DNA of 64,000 nucleotides, taken from contig JBHHWG010000002.1 of assembly GCA_046756385.1 (NCBI GenBank), positions 2,275-66,274 of the forward strand. Direction: 5' to 3'. Shown here in pieces: positions 1 through 8,579 of the stretch. The notes under the pieces are model-generated. The model was not told the DNA's origin. It saw nothing but the letters and a program-made list of their open reading frames with translations, and made no database searches. Source of the stretch: Sphingomonadales bacterium. Its GTDB lineage: Bacteria; Pseudomonadota; Alphaproteobacteria; CAZZKF01. Position numbers and translations under genes: made by a program. Each line of letters opens with the position of its first letter. Within the stretch, counting starts at the first letter, position 1.

Positions 1-1
1 T

Positions 2-610
2 CGCGATATCGGCGTCAGCGGCAATAAACAAATTCGCCTCAGCAACCCGCGACTGGCTCTTTACGTACCGCTCGACAGCGACGCCGCCGTCTCGGTCGAT
101 CGCATCGACTATGATCGCAATGGCGGCCGGTTCGAGGCCTTCGTCGTTACCGGCGCCGACACCTCCTCGCGGCTCCGCGTAACCGGCCAGGCGGTGAGCG
201 TTCTTGAGGTGCCGGTCCTGCGCTCGGCGGTCACCACCGGCCAGCTTATTGAGCGCGGCAATATCACCTGGACCACAATTCCGATGAATCGGGTCAACGG
301 CAACGTGGTGACCGAATCCGCGTTGCTGATAAATCAGGCCGCCCGTCGCACCATAAGGCCGGGCGTCCCCGTGCGCTCATCAGACGTGAGACGGCCGGTC
401 ACGGTAGCCAAGGGCGCGCTCGTCACCATGATCGTCACCGCCCCCGCCATGACCCTGACGACAGTTGGCCGGGCCCTTGAGGACGGGGCCTCAGGCGACG
501 CCATCCGGGTGCTTAACACCGTCTCGCACACCACCGTCCAAGGGGTCGTGCTGTCGCCGAACAAGGTTCGCGTACCGATGATGGCCCGCTTTGTATCGGC
601 GGCGCGCTGA
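2..610 (+). CDS. flgA: Flagellar basal body P-ring formation chaperone FlgA (5'-truncated by window edge)
   Basis: Frame is open from position 2 to the stop at 610; C-terminal SAF/FlgA signature (V.KG..VT....GRALEDG..GD.IRVLN..S); directly upstream of flgH. Confidence 0.9.
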   Translation, partial: RDIGVSGNKQIRLSNPRLALYVPLDSDAAVSVDRIDYDRNGGRFEAFVVTGADTSSRLRVTGQAVSVLEVPVLRSAVTTGQLIERGNITWTTIPMNRVNGNVVTESALLINQAARRTIRPGVPVRSSDVRRPVTVAKGALVTMIVTAPAMTLTTVGRALEDGASGDAIRVLNTVSHTTVQGVVLSPNKVRVPMMARFVSAAR

Positions 611-640
611 AACGCAGGATGTCAAAAAGGGAGTTATTCC

Positions 641-1396
641 ATGATCAATTTTTTCACCAGCCCGCGAAATCTTCTGCTCGTACTGATGGCCGGTTCCCTC
701 GGCGCCTGCGGTTCCGTCGATCGGATCAGGAATATCGGCAAGGCCCCTGACCTCTCGCCGATAGAGAATGCGGTCGCCCAAAAGGGCTATAAGCCGGTCG
801 CATTGCCGATGCCGGCGCCTCATAAGGACATGCACCAGGCCAATTCCCTGTGGCGCGCGGGAGCGCGCGCCTTTTTCAAGGACCAGAGAGCGGCCAAGGT
901 AGGTGACATTTTGACGGTGTTCATCGACATTTCAGACGAGGCCTCGCTCGATAACAAAACCTCGCGCAAACGGACCTCCAGCGAGAAGTCGGACCTGTCC
1001 AGCTTCCTCGGCCTGGAAAGCAAACTCGGTAATATTCTGCCCGATGCCGTGGACCCGTCGTCCTTGACTTCTTTTGGCAGCACCGCGAACAGCGGCGGCG
1101 AAGGCACTGTCGACAGGAAGGAAGACATCAAACTCACCATCGCGGCGATTGTCACGCAGGTGCTCCCCAACGGCAATCTGGTGATCCAGGGTCGCCAGGA
1201 AGTCAGGGTCAATTTCGAGGCACGCGATCTGACAATTGTCGGCGTTGTGCGGCCCGAGGATATTACGGCCGGCAATAGCATCAACCACACCCAAATCGCC
1301 GAAGCCCGAATTGCCTATGGCGGCCGCGGCCAGCTAACCGACGTGCAACAGCCACGCTACGGTCAGCAACTATTCGATATCATCTTCCCCTTTTAG
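641..1396 (+). CDS. flgH: Flagellar L-ring lipoprotein FlgH
   Basis: Lipobox SLGAC; NSLW...FFKDQRA..VGDILTV; VLPNGNLVIQGRQEVRVNFE; IAEARIAYGGRG; C-terminal PF. Confidence 0.97.
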   Translation: MINFFTSPRNLLLVLMAGSLGACGSVDRIRNIGKAPDLSPIENAVAQKGYKPVALPMPAPHKDMHQANSLWRAGARAFFKDQRAAKVGDILTVFIDISDEASLDNKTSRKRTSSEKSDLSSFLGLESKLGNILPDAVDPSSLTSFGSTANSGGEGTVDRKEDIKLTIAAIVTQVLPNGNLVIQGRQEVRVNFEARDLTIVGVVRPEDITAGNSINHTQIAEARIAYGGRGQLTDVQQPRYGQQLFDIIFPF

Positions 1397-1406
1397 AGCG
1401 TGAACG

Positions 1407-1438
1407 AAAAAGGGCCGGTCAAGCGGAACCGGCCCTTT
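1407..1438. terminator. Bidirectional intrinsic terminator between convergent flgH and dksA
   Basis: Inverted repeat aaagggccggt...accggcccttt with A/T tails. Confidence 0.75.
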
Positions 1439-1462
1439 GTCTTGGAGGAGCCATCGCGATTA

Positions 1463-1879
1463 TCAGTCGTCGCGATGGACCTTTTCCATTTTTTCGTGGC
1501 GCTCCTGGGCTTCAAGAGACAGCGTCGCGACCGGCCGGGCATCGAGACGCTTGAGACTAATCGGCTCCCCGGTCACCTCGCAAAAGCCGTAAACACCGTC
1601 TTCGATGCGGCGTAAAGCGGCATCAATTTTGCTAATCAATTTCCTCTGACGGTCGCGGGTCCTTAATTCCAGCGACCAATCCGTCTCGGTCGACGCACGA
1701 TCGGCGATATCGGCTTCCTTTATGCCGCCTTCCTGAAGATGGTTCAGCGTCTCTCGGGACTCCAGCAGGATATCCTCCCGCCAGTTAAGAAGCTTTCGCC
1801 GAAAATACTCCTTTTGCCGATCGCTCATAAACGGTTCACTCGGCGATGGTTTGTATTCGGACGGTAGACTAACCCCCAT
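1463..1879 (-). CDS. dksA: RNA polymerase-binding transcription factor DksA
   Basis: DIADRAS.E...LELRTRDRQRKLISKID.AL.RI..G.YGFCE.TGEPI...RL.ARP (alphaproteobacterial one-Cys type); ATG at 1879 with GGAGG SD. Confidence 0.95.
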   Translation of the reverse strand: MGVSLPSEYKPSPSEPFMSDRQKEYFRRKLLNWREDILLESRETLNHLQEGGIKEADIADRASTETDWSLELRTRDRQRKLISKIDAALRRIEDGVYGFCEVTGEPISLKRLDARPVATLSLEAQERHEKMEKVHRDD

Positions 1880-2041
1880 TAAATTCCTCCGCGAAACTCT
1901 CAACGCAAGTGCAGTGCGGGCGCGCATTATAGTTAGCCCGCAAGCTCCCTTCAAGCGTCGAAAAACACATCCCGGAACTGTCGAAAAATCATCGCAAAAC
2001 CGCTTAGGGTAAACATGATCCCGCCGCCATGTTTCCTTTTA

Positions 2042-2458
2042 TTATGAGAGTCTTAGCTTGGCTAGTTCAACTTCTGCTCGAAGTTCAATCTCATCGAGTA
2101 TATCCGCCAGCCGTGGATCGTCGATCTGCTCGCGTCGGCTATGAACCATTTTGGAAATGGCCTCCAGGCGACCCATTGAGATTGATCCAAGCAACAAGCC
2201 GTTGCGGATTTCATCAAGGTGATCAAGGATATCATTGCCGCGTTTGAAGCCCTTCGCCCGTGATCCGTCACGTCTATCGACTTCCTGCAGTCCCAGCAGC
2301 GAGTCCACGGCAGTCAACGGGCCGGCACCGGAAATCGGCGCCGACGGCCTCGCCTCCGCCTGTTTCTCCACTGAAAAGCGTCGGCCAGCAACTTTTTTGC
2401 CGCGCCGCTTACTCGCAGCCTGGCTCTTGTTGACCTGTCCCGTACCCGAAATCTTCAT
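2042..2458 (-). CDS. fliX: Flagellar assembly regulator FliX
   Basis: LL.LQEV...RG..ILD.LDEIR.GLL.G...DP.L..ILDEIELRAEVELAKL; divergent from flgI as in Caulobacter. Confidence 0.9.
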   Translation of the reverse strand: MKISGTGQVNKSQAASKRRGKKVAGRRFSVEKQAEARPSAPISGAGPLTAVDSLLGLQEVDRRDGSRAKGFKRGNDILDHLDEIRNGLLLGSISMGRLEAISKMVHSRREQIDDPRLADILDEIELRAEVELAKLRLS

Positions 2459-2511
2459 AAAATATCGATGCTGGTCTTCTGTGAGTGCTGGTGAACCATG
2501 AATGTCGCCGA

Positions 2512-2526
2512 TTAAGATCGTGTTAA
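2512..2526. promoter_or_regulatory. CtrA binding box upstream of fliX
   Basis: Perfect TTAA-N7-TTAA (TTAAgatcgtgTTAA) about 55 nt upstream of fliX. Confidence 0.75.
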
Positions 2527-2561
2527 AGACATTGCCGGAACGGAATACCTTGCCTACCGGC

Positions 2562-2633
2562 CGGCTGATTTTGCCCTTTTGCCGGTACCGTCTGGCTCAT
2601 ATTATTTTTGCTGCGCTGAAAATCAACGACTTT
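2562..2633 (+). promoter_or_regulatory. ftr-like FlbD enhancer (2562-2576) and IHF-like site (2621-2633) upstream of the flgI promoter
   Basis: CGGCTGATTTTGCCC resembles the GGCA-N5-TGCC units found upstream of the flagellins; AATCAAcgacTTT resembles WATCAA-N4-TTR. Confidence 0.5.
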
Positions 2634-2647
2634 TGCACTGCTCATTG

Positions 2648-2664
2648 TTGGCACGTTTCTCGCA
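2648..2664 (+). promoter_or_regulatory. sigma54 (-24/-12) promoter of the flgI operon
   Basis: TTGGCACGTTTCTCGCA with GG-N10-GC spacing. Confidence 0.8.
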
Positions 2665-2741
2665 TCACATTTTTCGCATACGATTCTTAAAGGATGTGCC
2701 GTTGACATTGTATCTGGGCGTTCGAGCCGATCGTACAAGTC

Positions 2742-3920
2742 ATGGACACCGATAAAATGGTCCCTAAAGCGAGGCAAGCCGTGGCAAAAGCAACCCTGTT
2801 CCTCCGTGTTTTGATGTCCCTGGCGCTGGCGCCTGGCCTTCTTGGCTTCGCTTGCGATGCCGCATCGGCCGCCTCCCGGATCAAGGACATCGTGGACTTC
2901 GAAGGCGTGCGAGAGAATCACCTGCTTGGTTATGGCCTGGTTGTCGGCCTCGACGGCACCGGTGACACCTTGCAGAACGCTCCCTTCACCGAGCAAAGCC
3001 TGCAAGCGATGCTGGAGCGCCTCGGCATCAATACGCGGGGCGGCCAGAGCAAAATGCGAACGGAAAATGTTGCCGCCGTAATCGTGACCGCGAGCCTGCC
3101 GCCCTTCGCCCGCCATGGTTCGCGGATCGACGTCACGGTGAGCACGCTGGGAGACGCGGAAAGCCTTCTTGGCGGAACATTGCTTGCTACACCATTGAGG
3201 GGCGCGGACGGCGAGGTTTATTCGGTCGCCCAGGGCTCGGTAACCGTCGGCGGATTCAAGGCCCAGGGCGACGCCGGAACGGTCATCAAGGGAGTGATCA
3301 CAAGCGGCCGAATAGCCAATGGCGGCGTGATCGAACGCGAGATCGCATTCAATTTCGCGAGCATGCGCACCCTGCGCCTGTCCCTGCGCAATCCCGATAT
3401 CACAACGGCGAATCGGGTAGCCGGCGCGATCGACAGGTTCCTTGGCGGTCCGGCCGCCAAGACCCTGGACCCCGGCACCGTGCGCTTGAGCATACCCAAC
3501 GAGTTTAAAGGCGATATCGTCACCCTGCTGGCGGATGTGGAGCAGTTGCGTGTCGAGCCCGATCAGATCGCAAGGGTCGTGATCGACGAGGTTTCGGGTG
3601 TGATCGTCATGGGCAGCAACGTCCGGATCAGCACCGTGGCCATCGCCCAGGGCAATCTGACGATCCGGGTCACCGAAACACCCCAGGTTTCCCAACCCGC
3701 GCCGTTCTCGCAAGGTGGAGAGACCGTGACCGTCCCGCGCACCGAAATCGCGGTCGAAGAAGGGGACAAGAACAGGCTGACGGTTCTCGACCCCGGCGTC
3801 AGCCTCCAGGATCTTGTCGACGGTCTCAACGCGCTTGGCATTGGCCCGCGGGACATGATCTCCATTCTTCAGGCGCTCAAGGCCGCGGGCGCGCTGCAAG
3901 CGGACATCGAGATTTTATGA
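2742..3920 (+). CDS. flgI: Flagellar P-ring protein FlgI
   Basis: RIKDI..FEGVREN.L.GYGLVVGLDGTGD; NVAAV.VTA.LPPF; ILQALKAAGALQA; exact start uncertain. Confidence 0.97.
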   Translation: MDTDKMVPKARQAVAKATLFLRVLMSLALAPGLLGFACDAASAASRIKDIVDFEGVRENHLLGYGLVVGLDGTGDTLQNAPFTEQSLQAMLERLGINTRGGQSKMRTENVAAVIVTASLPPFARHGSRIDVTVSTLGDAESLLGGTLLATPLRGADGEVYSVAQGSVTVGGFKAQGDAGTVIKGVITSGRIANGGVIEREIAFNFASMRTLRLSLRNPDITTANRVAGAIDRFLGGPAAKTLDPGTVRLSIPNEFKGDIVTLLADVEQLRVEPDQIARVVIDEVSGVIVMGSNVRISTVAIAQGNLTIRVTETPQVSQPAPFSQGGETVTVPRTEIAVEEGDKNRLTVLDPGVSLQDLVDGLNALGIGPRDMISILQALKAAGALQADIEIL

Positions 3921-4231
3921 TGGCTGATAACACCTTGATATCGGGCGCGCTGGCCGCCGTTGACAACCGGACGATCGAGGCCCCACAGGCCACCGCCAAT
4001 CAGAAAAAAGCAAGCGAGACAGCGGAAACCTTCGAGGCCGTCTTCCTGGCGCAAATGCTCAATCAGATGTTCGAAAGCGTCAAGACCGACGGGCCGTTTG
4101 GCGGTGGATTCAGCGAAGGCATCTTCCGCTCGATGTTGAACGACCAATATGCGGAAACGCTTTCCAGTCGTGGCGGCATCGGCATTGCCGACGCGGTCTA
4201 TCGCGAAATCCTGAAAACGCAGGAGGTGTAG
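3917..4231 (+). CDS. flgJ: Rod-binding protein FlgJ (short form without muramidase domain)
   Basis: FEAVFLAQML..MF....TDGPFGGG..E..FRSML...YA.....GGIGIA; follows flgI. Confidence 0.88.
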   Translation: MMADNTLISGALAAVDNRTIEAPQATANQKKASETAETFEAVFLAQMLNQMFESVKTDGPFGGGFSEGIFRSMLNDQYAETLSSRGGIGIADAVYREILKTQEV

Positions 4232-4233
4232 CA

Positions 4234-4671
4234 ATGTCCGAAAATCCTGCCCCATTAGCCAGGGTTCTAACCCTTACCGAGCGACTGACCGCCCTGATCA
4301 CTCAGGAAAGCGCTCTCCTGCACGAGCGCCGCGCCCGCGAGATAACTGACTTTCATGCCGAAAAAATTCGGCTTTCAGAGCTTTATGCCAGGGAAATGGA
4401 AACCCTGAGACGCAATAGCTCCTTGATCAAAACCGCCCCGCCCGCCGAGATGGCCAGGTTCAAGCAGTTAACCGCCTTGTTTCGCGAGGCGCTGGCGGAG
4501 AACAAAAGGATTGTCCAAGCCCTCAAATCCGTCACCGAAGGCATGATCCGCTCAATCGCCGATGAAGTCACCAGGCGAAACAATCCGGTTAACGGTTACG
4601 GGGGCGATGCGGTCTTGAAACGCCAGGGCGCCCCTGCCCCGACCTCGATCGCGCTAAATCAGGTCATTTGA
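4234..4671 (+). CDS. FlgN-like flagellar export chaperone / flagellar basal-body protein
   Basis: 145-aa helical protein directly after flgJ; L..LI..E...L pattern and C-terminal GY motif typical of alphaproteobacterial FlgN-like proteins. Confidence 0.55.
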   Translation: MSENPAPLARVLTLTERLTALITQESALLHERRAREITDFHAEKIRLSELYAREMETLRRNSSLIKTAPPAEMARFKQLTALFREALAENKRIVQALKSVTEGMIRSIADEVTRRNNPVNGYGGDAVLKRQGAPAPTSIALNQVI

Positions 4672-4777
4672 GCTTGTGCCCAGAGAATTGGGTTCAGACC
4701 CTGACCAAAAGCCTTATGATCATTTCGATGCAGCTCATGCAACCAGAATGCGAGATTGTGGGAATTCGGACACCATA

Positions 4778-6079
4778 ATGGCTGACAAGCTTGCGATATC
4801 GGGCGGGACGCCGGTCCGCCGCCGCCCCTTTCCTCCCCGCCAGACCATCGGCGACGAGGAAAAGAAAGCGGTTCTCGAGGTTATGGACTCGGGCAATCTG
4901 TCGGCCTTTTTCGGCAGTCCCGGCCCGGAATTCATGGGCGGCGAGAAAATTCGCGCCTTCGAGAGCGCCTGGGCCCGAAAATTCGGCTACCGCCATGCCG
5001 TTACGGTCAATAGCTGGACGTCGGGTCTGGTGGCGGCGGTGGGCGCGGTGGGGATTGAGCCCGGCGACGAGGTGATTTGCACGCCCTACACCATGTCCGC
5101 CTCGGCGACCGCGATCCTGATGTGGGGTGGCATTCCGGTATTCGCGGATATCGACCCCGACAGCTTTTGCCTCGATCCCAAAGCCGTTGACGCGGCGATC
5201 ACGCCCCGGACCAAGGCAATCATGGTGGTTCATCTTTTCGGCTGCCCGGCCGATATGGATGAGATCATGGCGATAGCCCGGCGGCACGGGCTTCGTGTCA
5301 TCGAGGATGCGGCACAAGCCCCCGGGGCGACATACAAGGGCAAACCGGTCGGGGCGCTGGCCGACATTGGCGGCTTCAGCCTCAATTACCACAAGCATAT
5401 TCACACCGGCGAGGGCGGCGTAGTCGTATGCAATGACGATACCCTGGCGCGACGGTGCCAGATGATCCGCAATCACGGCGAAAACGTGGTGGAGGATTGG
5501 GGCGTCGACGACATCGGCAATATGATCGGGGCCAATTACCGGCTCACCGAATTGCAGGCCGCAATCGGGATTGAGCAACTCAAAAGACTCGACGGGCTGC
5601 TTGAATGGCGCCAGAAGCTCGCCCGGCGCCTTGACGGGAAGCTGAAGGATCTGCCGGGGATCAAGGTGCCGCGCCTGCCATCCGACCGGACCCATTCCTA
5701 CTACTGCTATCCAATCCGCTATGACCAGGATGTCACGGGTGTCAGCCGGGAGCATTTCATCGAGGCAGTGAATGCCGAACTGCCTGAGATGGTTACGAGT
5801 GACGACATGCCGCTGGGCGGCGGCTATGTCGAGCCGTTATATCTGAGCCCGCTTTATCAACGCCGGATCGCGTTCGGCAAGCGCCACTTCCCTTTCAGCC
5901 TGGTCGAAAACGGCCCGGATTACGCCAAGGGCCTGTGTCCGGTCACCGAACGCATGTTCGAGCGGGAACTGATGCTGTCAAGCATCGTTCGCGAACCGCT
6001 GACCACCGACGACATGGACGACTTCGCGGCCGCGATCGAGAAAGTGCTCGGCAACCTTGATGAATTGAGAGACCGCTGA
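4778..6079 (+). CDS. DegT/DnrJ/EryC1/StrS family PLP-dependent sugar aminotransferase
   Basis: LAI.GG.PVR; VIEDAAQAPGA; FSLNYHKHIHTGEGG (PLP lysine); NYRLTELQAAIG; start moved to in-frame ATG 4778. Confidence 0.92.
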   Translation: MADKLAISGGTPVRRRPFPPRQTIGDEEKKAVLEVMDSGNLSAFFGSPGPEFMGGEKIRAFESAWARKFGYRHAVTVNSWTSGLVAAVGAVGIEPGDEVICTPYTMSASATAILMWGGIPVFADIDPDSFCLDPKAVDAAITPRTKAIMVVHLFGCPADMDEIMAIARRHGLRVIEDAAQAPGATYKGKPVGALADIGGFSLNYHKHIHTGEGGVVVCNDDTLARRCQMIRNHGENVVEDWGVDDIGNMIGANYRLTELQAAIGIEQLKRLDGLLEWRQKLARRLDGKLKDLPGIKVPRLPSDRTHSYYCYPIRYDQDVTGVSREHFIEAVNAELPEMVTSDDMPLGGGYVEPLYLSPLYQRRIAFGKRHFPFSLVENGPDYAKGLCPVTERMFERELMLSSIVREPLTTDDMDDFAAAIEKVLGNLDELRDR

Positions 6080-7155
6080 TGACCGCGGGCGTCATCGTGT
6101 CGCGGCAGGCGGGCACGGCGGCGGCGTTTCACCCGTTGCTGAGGCTCCTCCGCGACGCCCGACCCGATCTCGATCTTTCGGTTTTCTGCTACCCGGATTC
6201 AAGGGATTTTCTGCCGTCGGGCTCGATCATCGAACGATTCGGGGATGCCCGCGAGACTCTGGACCAGCTTACCGATGTCGCGTTCGTGTTGACCGGCACC
6301 TCCGAGGAGGTGGCCGGCGATGCCCTGTGGTGGTCCTGGTCCCGGCAGCGCGGCGTGCGGTCCGTCGCCTTTGTCGACCAGTGGGTAAATTACTGGCAGC
6401 GCTTCACCTCCGACCCCGCCAGAGGCGACAGGTTCAACCACCTGCCCGATTGCGTGGCAGTGGTCGACGGCCTTGCGAAACGACGCCTGGAGGAATCCGG
6501 CCTCGCTTCCGGTATCATTGTCGAGACCGGTACGCCAGTACTCGACGACCTGTTTACCGCTCCCGGAAACGCGGGTGAACGGACACGAGCGCGCTACTTG
6601 AAAGACCACCGGGACATTTTGCTGCTTTACGCCTGCGAGGGTATTTGGCCGGATGATCGCACGGACCTGGAATTTCTCGATGCCGCGACGCTGGAGCGGT
6701 CACTTGCACTGTGCTGCGAAGCGGCAGGCTGGCACGCGGAGCGCGGGGACGGCAACCTTACGCTGCTGTTGAAACCCCATCCCAGGCAGATCCTTTCCGG
6801 CGCCTTGCCGGGAGCGCCCCGGTCGAGCGCCGATGGGCTGTCGATCCATATATGCGACCATGGGCGCGTCGAGATGCTGCACGCCGCCGATATCGTGCTG
6901 GGGGCGCACTCCATGCCCCTTTATGAAGCTTCAATGCTGGGAAAACCGGCGATCAGCATCCAGCCGGACAAGAAACATGTCCGCGACCTCACTGACGGCC
7001 GGGCCGGGATTGACGTCGTGACCGATATTGAGCAACTGAAACAAGCGCTGGGCCAGGCTCTGGACCTTGTCGCCCAAAGCGCTTCCCGACCGCGACCCGC
7101 GCCGGGTGAACCCAGCCATGCCAGGCGCTTTCTGTCGGCGCTGGATCTTTTGTAG
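6079..7155 (+). CDS. Putative GT-B fold protein; candidate nonulosonic-acid/CMP-sugar transferase
   Basis: VDQWVNY, TGTP.LD, LLLKPHPR and HSMPLYEASMLGKPAISI motifs resemble GT-B HP-motif enzymes; overlaps the upstream stop codon. Confidence 0.5.
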   Translation: MTAGVIVSRQAGTAAAFHPLLRLLRDARPDLDLSVFCYPDSRDFLPSGSIIERFGDARETLDQLTDVAFVLTGTSEEVAGDALWWSWSRQRGVRSVAFVDQWVNYWQRFTSDPARGDRFNHLPDCVAVVDGLAKRRLEESGLASGIIVETGTPVLDDLFTAPGNAGERTRARYLKDHRDILLLYACEGIWPDDRTDLEFLDAATLERSLALCCEAAGWHAERGDGNLTLLLKPHPRQILSGALPGAPRSSADGLSIHICDHGRVEMLHAADIVLGAHSMPLYEASMLGKPAISIQPDKKHVRDLTDGRAGIDVVTDIEQLKQALGQALDLVAQSASRPRPAPGEPSHARRFLSALDLL

Positions 7156-7169
7156 CGGGACTGGAAACT

Positions 7170-7937
7170 ATGAAAACCATTGGTGTGATCCAGGCAAGAC
7201 TCGGCTCCTCCCGCCTGCCCCGCAAGGTTCTGGCCGGCATCGCCGGCAAACCGATGCTTCTGCAAATCGTCGAGCGGTTGCGCGCCTGCCGGCGCCTTGA
7301 CGAAGTGGTGATTTCAACCTCGTCCTGCGACAGCGACGACGAACTTGTCTATTTCGCCAAACGCAATCAAATTCGTTGTTTCCGCGGCCCGGTCGACGAT
7401 ATCGCCGTGCGCCTGTATGAGGCCGCCAGGGGCGCCGGCGCTGATGTGTTCGCACGGGTTTGGGGCGACTGCCCGCTCATCGCGCCGGGTGTGATCGATC
7501 AGGTGGTGGACACGTTACACGACGGCCAGTTCGATTACGCCACCAACGTGATGCGCGGCCAGCTATCGTTCCCCGACGGTCAGGACGTCGAAGTCTATCG
7601 AACCGCGACCATCGCCGCCCTGATCCATGACGTCACCGACCCCAAACTGCGGGAATTCCCACAGGAATGGCTGGTCGCAAATCAACAGTTATTCAAACTC
7701 GGAAGCGTCAGCCGGGACGATGACCTTTCGGACTGGCATATCAGTGTCGATTATCCGGAGGATCTGGAGGCCATGCGGACAATATATGCAGCGCTCGCGG
7801 ATCGCGGCCTCGACAATGAACTGGACACGCTGGTTCGCCTGCTGCGCGAGGAGCCCGGCTTGTTGCAGGCGTTTTCGGGCGCGCCCCGAAATATCGAATA
7901 TCAGGCCTACTTGAAGGAAATGGCTACTCGCCGATAA
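7170..7937 (+). CDS. SpsF-type cytidylyltransferase (CMP-sugar synthetase) #1
   Basis: IQARLGSSRLPRKVL; RVWGDCPLI; SVDYPEDL. Confidence 0.9.
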   Translation: MKTIGVIQARLGSSRLPRKVLAGIAGKPMLLQIVERLRACRRLDEVVISTSSCDSDDELVYFAKRNQIRCFRGPVDDIAVRLYEAARGAGADVFARVWGDCPLIAPGVIDQVVDTLHDGQFDYATNVMRGQLSFPDGQDVEVYRTATIAALIHDVTDPKLREFPQEWLVANQQLFKLGSVSRDDDLSDWHISVDYPEDLEAMRTIYAALADRGLDNELDTLVRLLREEPGLLQAFSGAPRNIEYQAYLKEMATRR

Positions 7938-7973
7938 TGGGCGAGCAGGATTTACGGCAGTGAACAGGACAGT

Positions 7974-8579
7974 TTGGATATGACAGAACCGTTCATGGAC
8001 GGCACGAGCTTTTTCCTCCGCCCGGTGTGTCGCGACGATTATACCGACCACTATCTGGGCTGGATCAACGATCAGACCGTTACCCGTTTTCTCTCCCGCG
8101 GCATCTATCCCGTGACGCTTGAGGACCAGGTTGAGGATTTCGAAGCCTTACGCAACAGCACCGACGACGTCGAATTCTGTATCGTCGAGAAAGAGGATAA
8201 CAGGCCGGTCGGGCTCGTGGGGCTGCATGGCTTCCAGTGGGTCTATCGTTCGGCGGAATTCCGGATTCTGATCGGCGACCGCCGGTTCTGGGGCAAGGGC
8301 ATCGGCACCGAGGCGGCGCAACTGCTGTGCGCCTACGGCTTTGAGACCCTCAATCTCAACAAGGTATGGCTGGGCGTCAGCGCCGGAAACAAGGGCGCGG
8401 TTCGGTCCTATGAGAAGGCCGGCTTTACCCAGGAAGGCGCCCTGCGTCAGGAGATTTACCGCAACGGGCGCTATTACGATGTGGTGCGCATGAGCCTGCT
8501 GCGCTCGGAATATGAAGTGGTGTCGAAAACATGGCCAATTCACGATCTGATCGACCGGCAATTCCGCGCTTCGGACTGA
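7974..8579 (+). CDS. GNAT (RimJ/RimL-type) N-acetyltransferase
   Basis: WGKGIGTEA acetyl-CoA motif; N..AVRSYEKAGF..EG.LR. Confidence 0.88.
   Translation: MDMTEPFMDGTSFFLRPVCRDDYTDHYLGWINDQTVTRFLSRGIYPVTLEDQVEDFEALRNSTDDVEFCIVEKEDNRPVGLVGLHGFQWVYRSAEFRILIGDRRFWGKGIGTEAAQLLCAYGFETLNLNKVWLGVSAGNKGAVRSYEKAGFTQEGALRQEIYRNGRYYDVVRMSLLRSEYEVVSKTWPIHDLIDRQFRASD

Noticed and set aside
2523-3899. 458-aa antisense ORF over flgI, and similar long antisense ORFs over the aminotransferases, pseB, tsf and dnaE
   Set aside because: Typical high-GC shadow frames opposite well-identified genes
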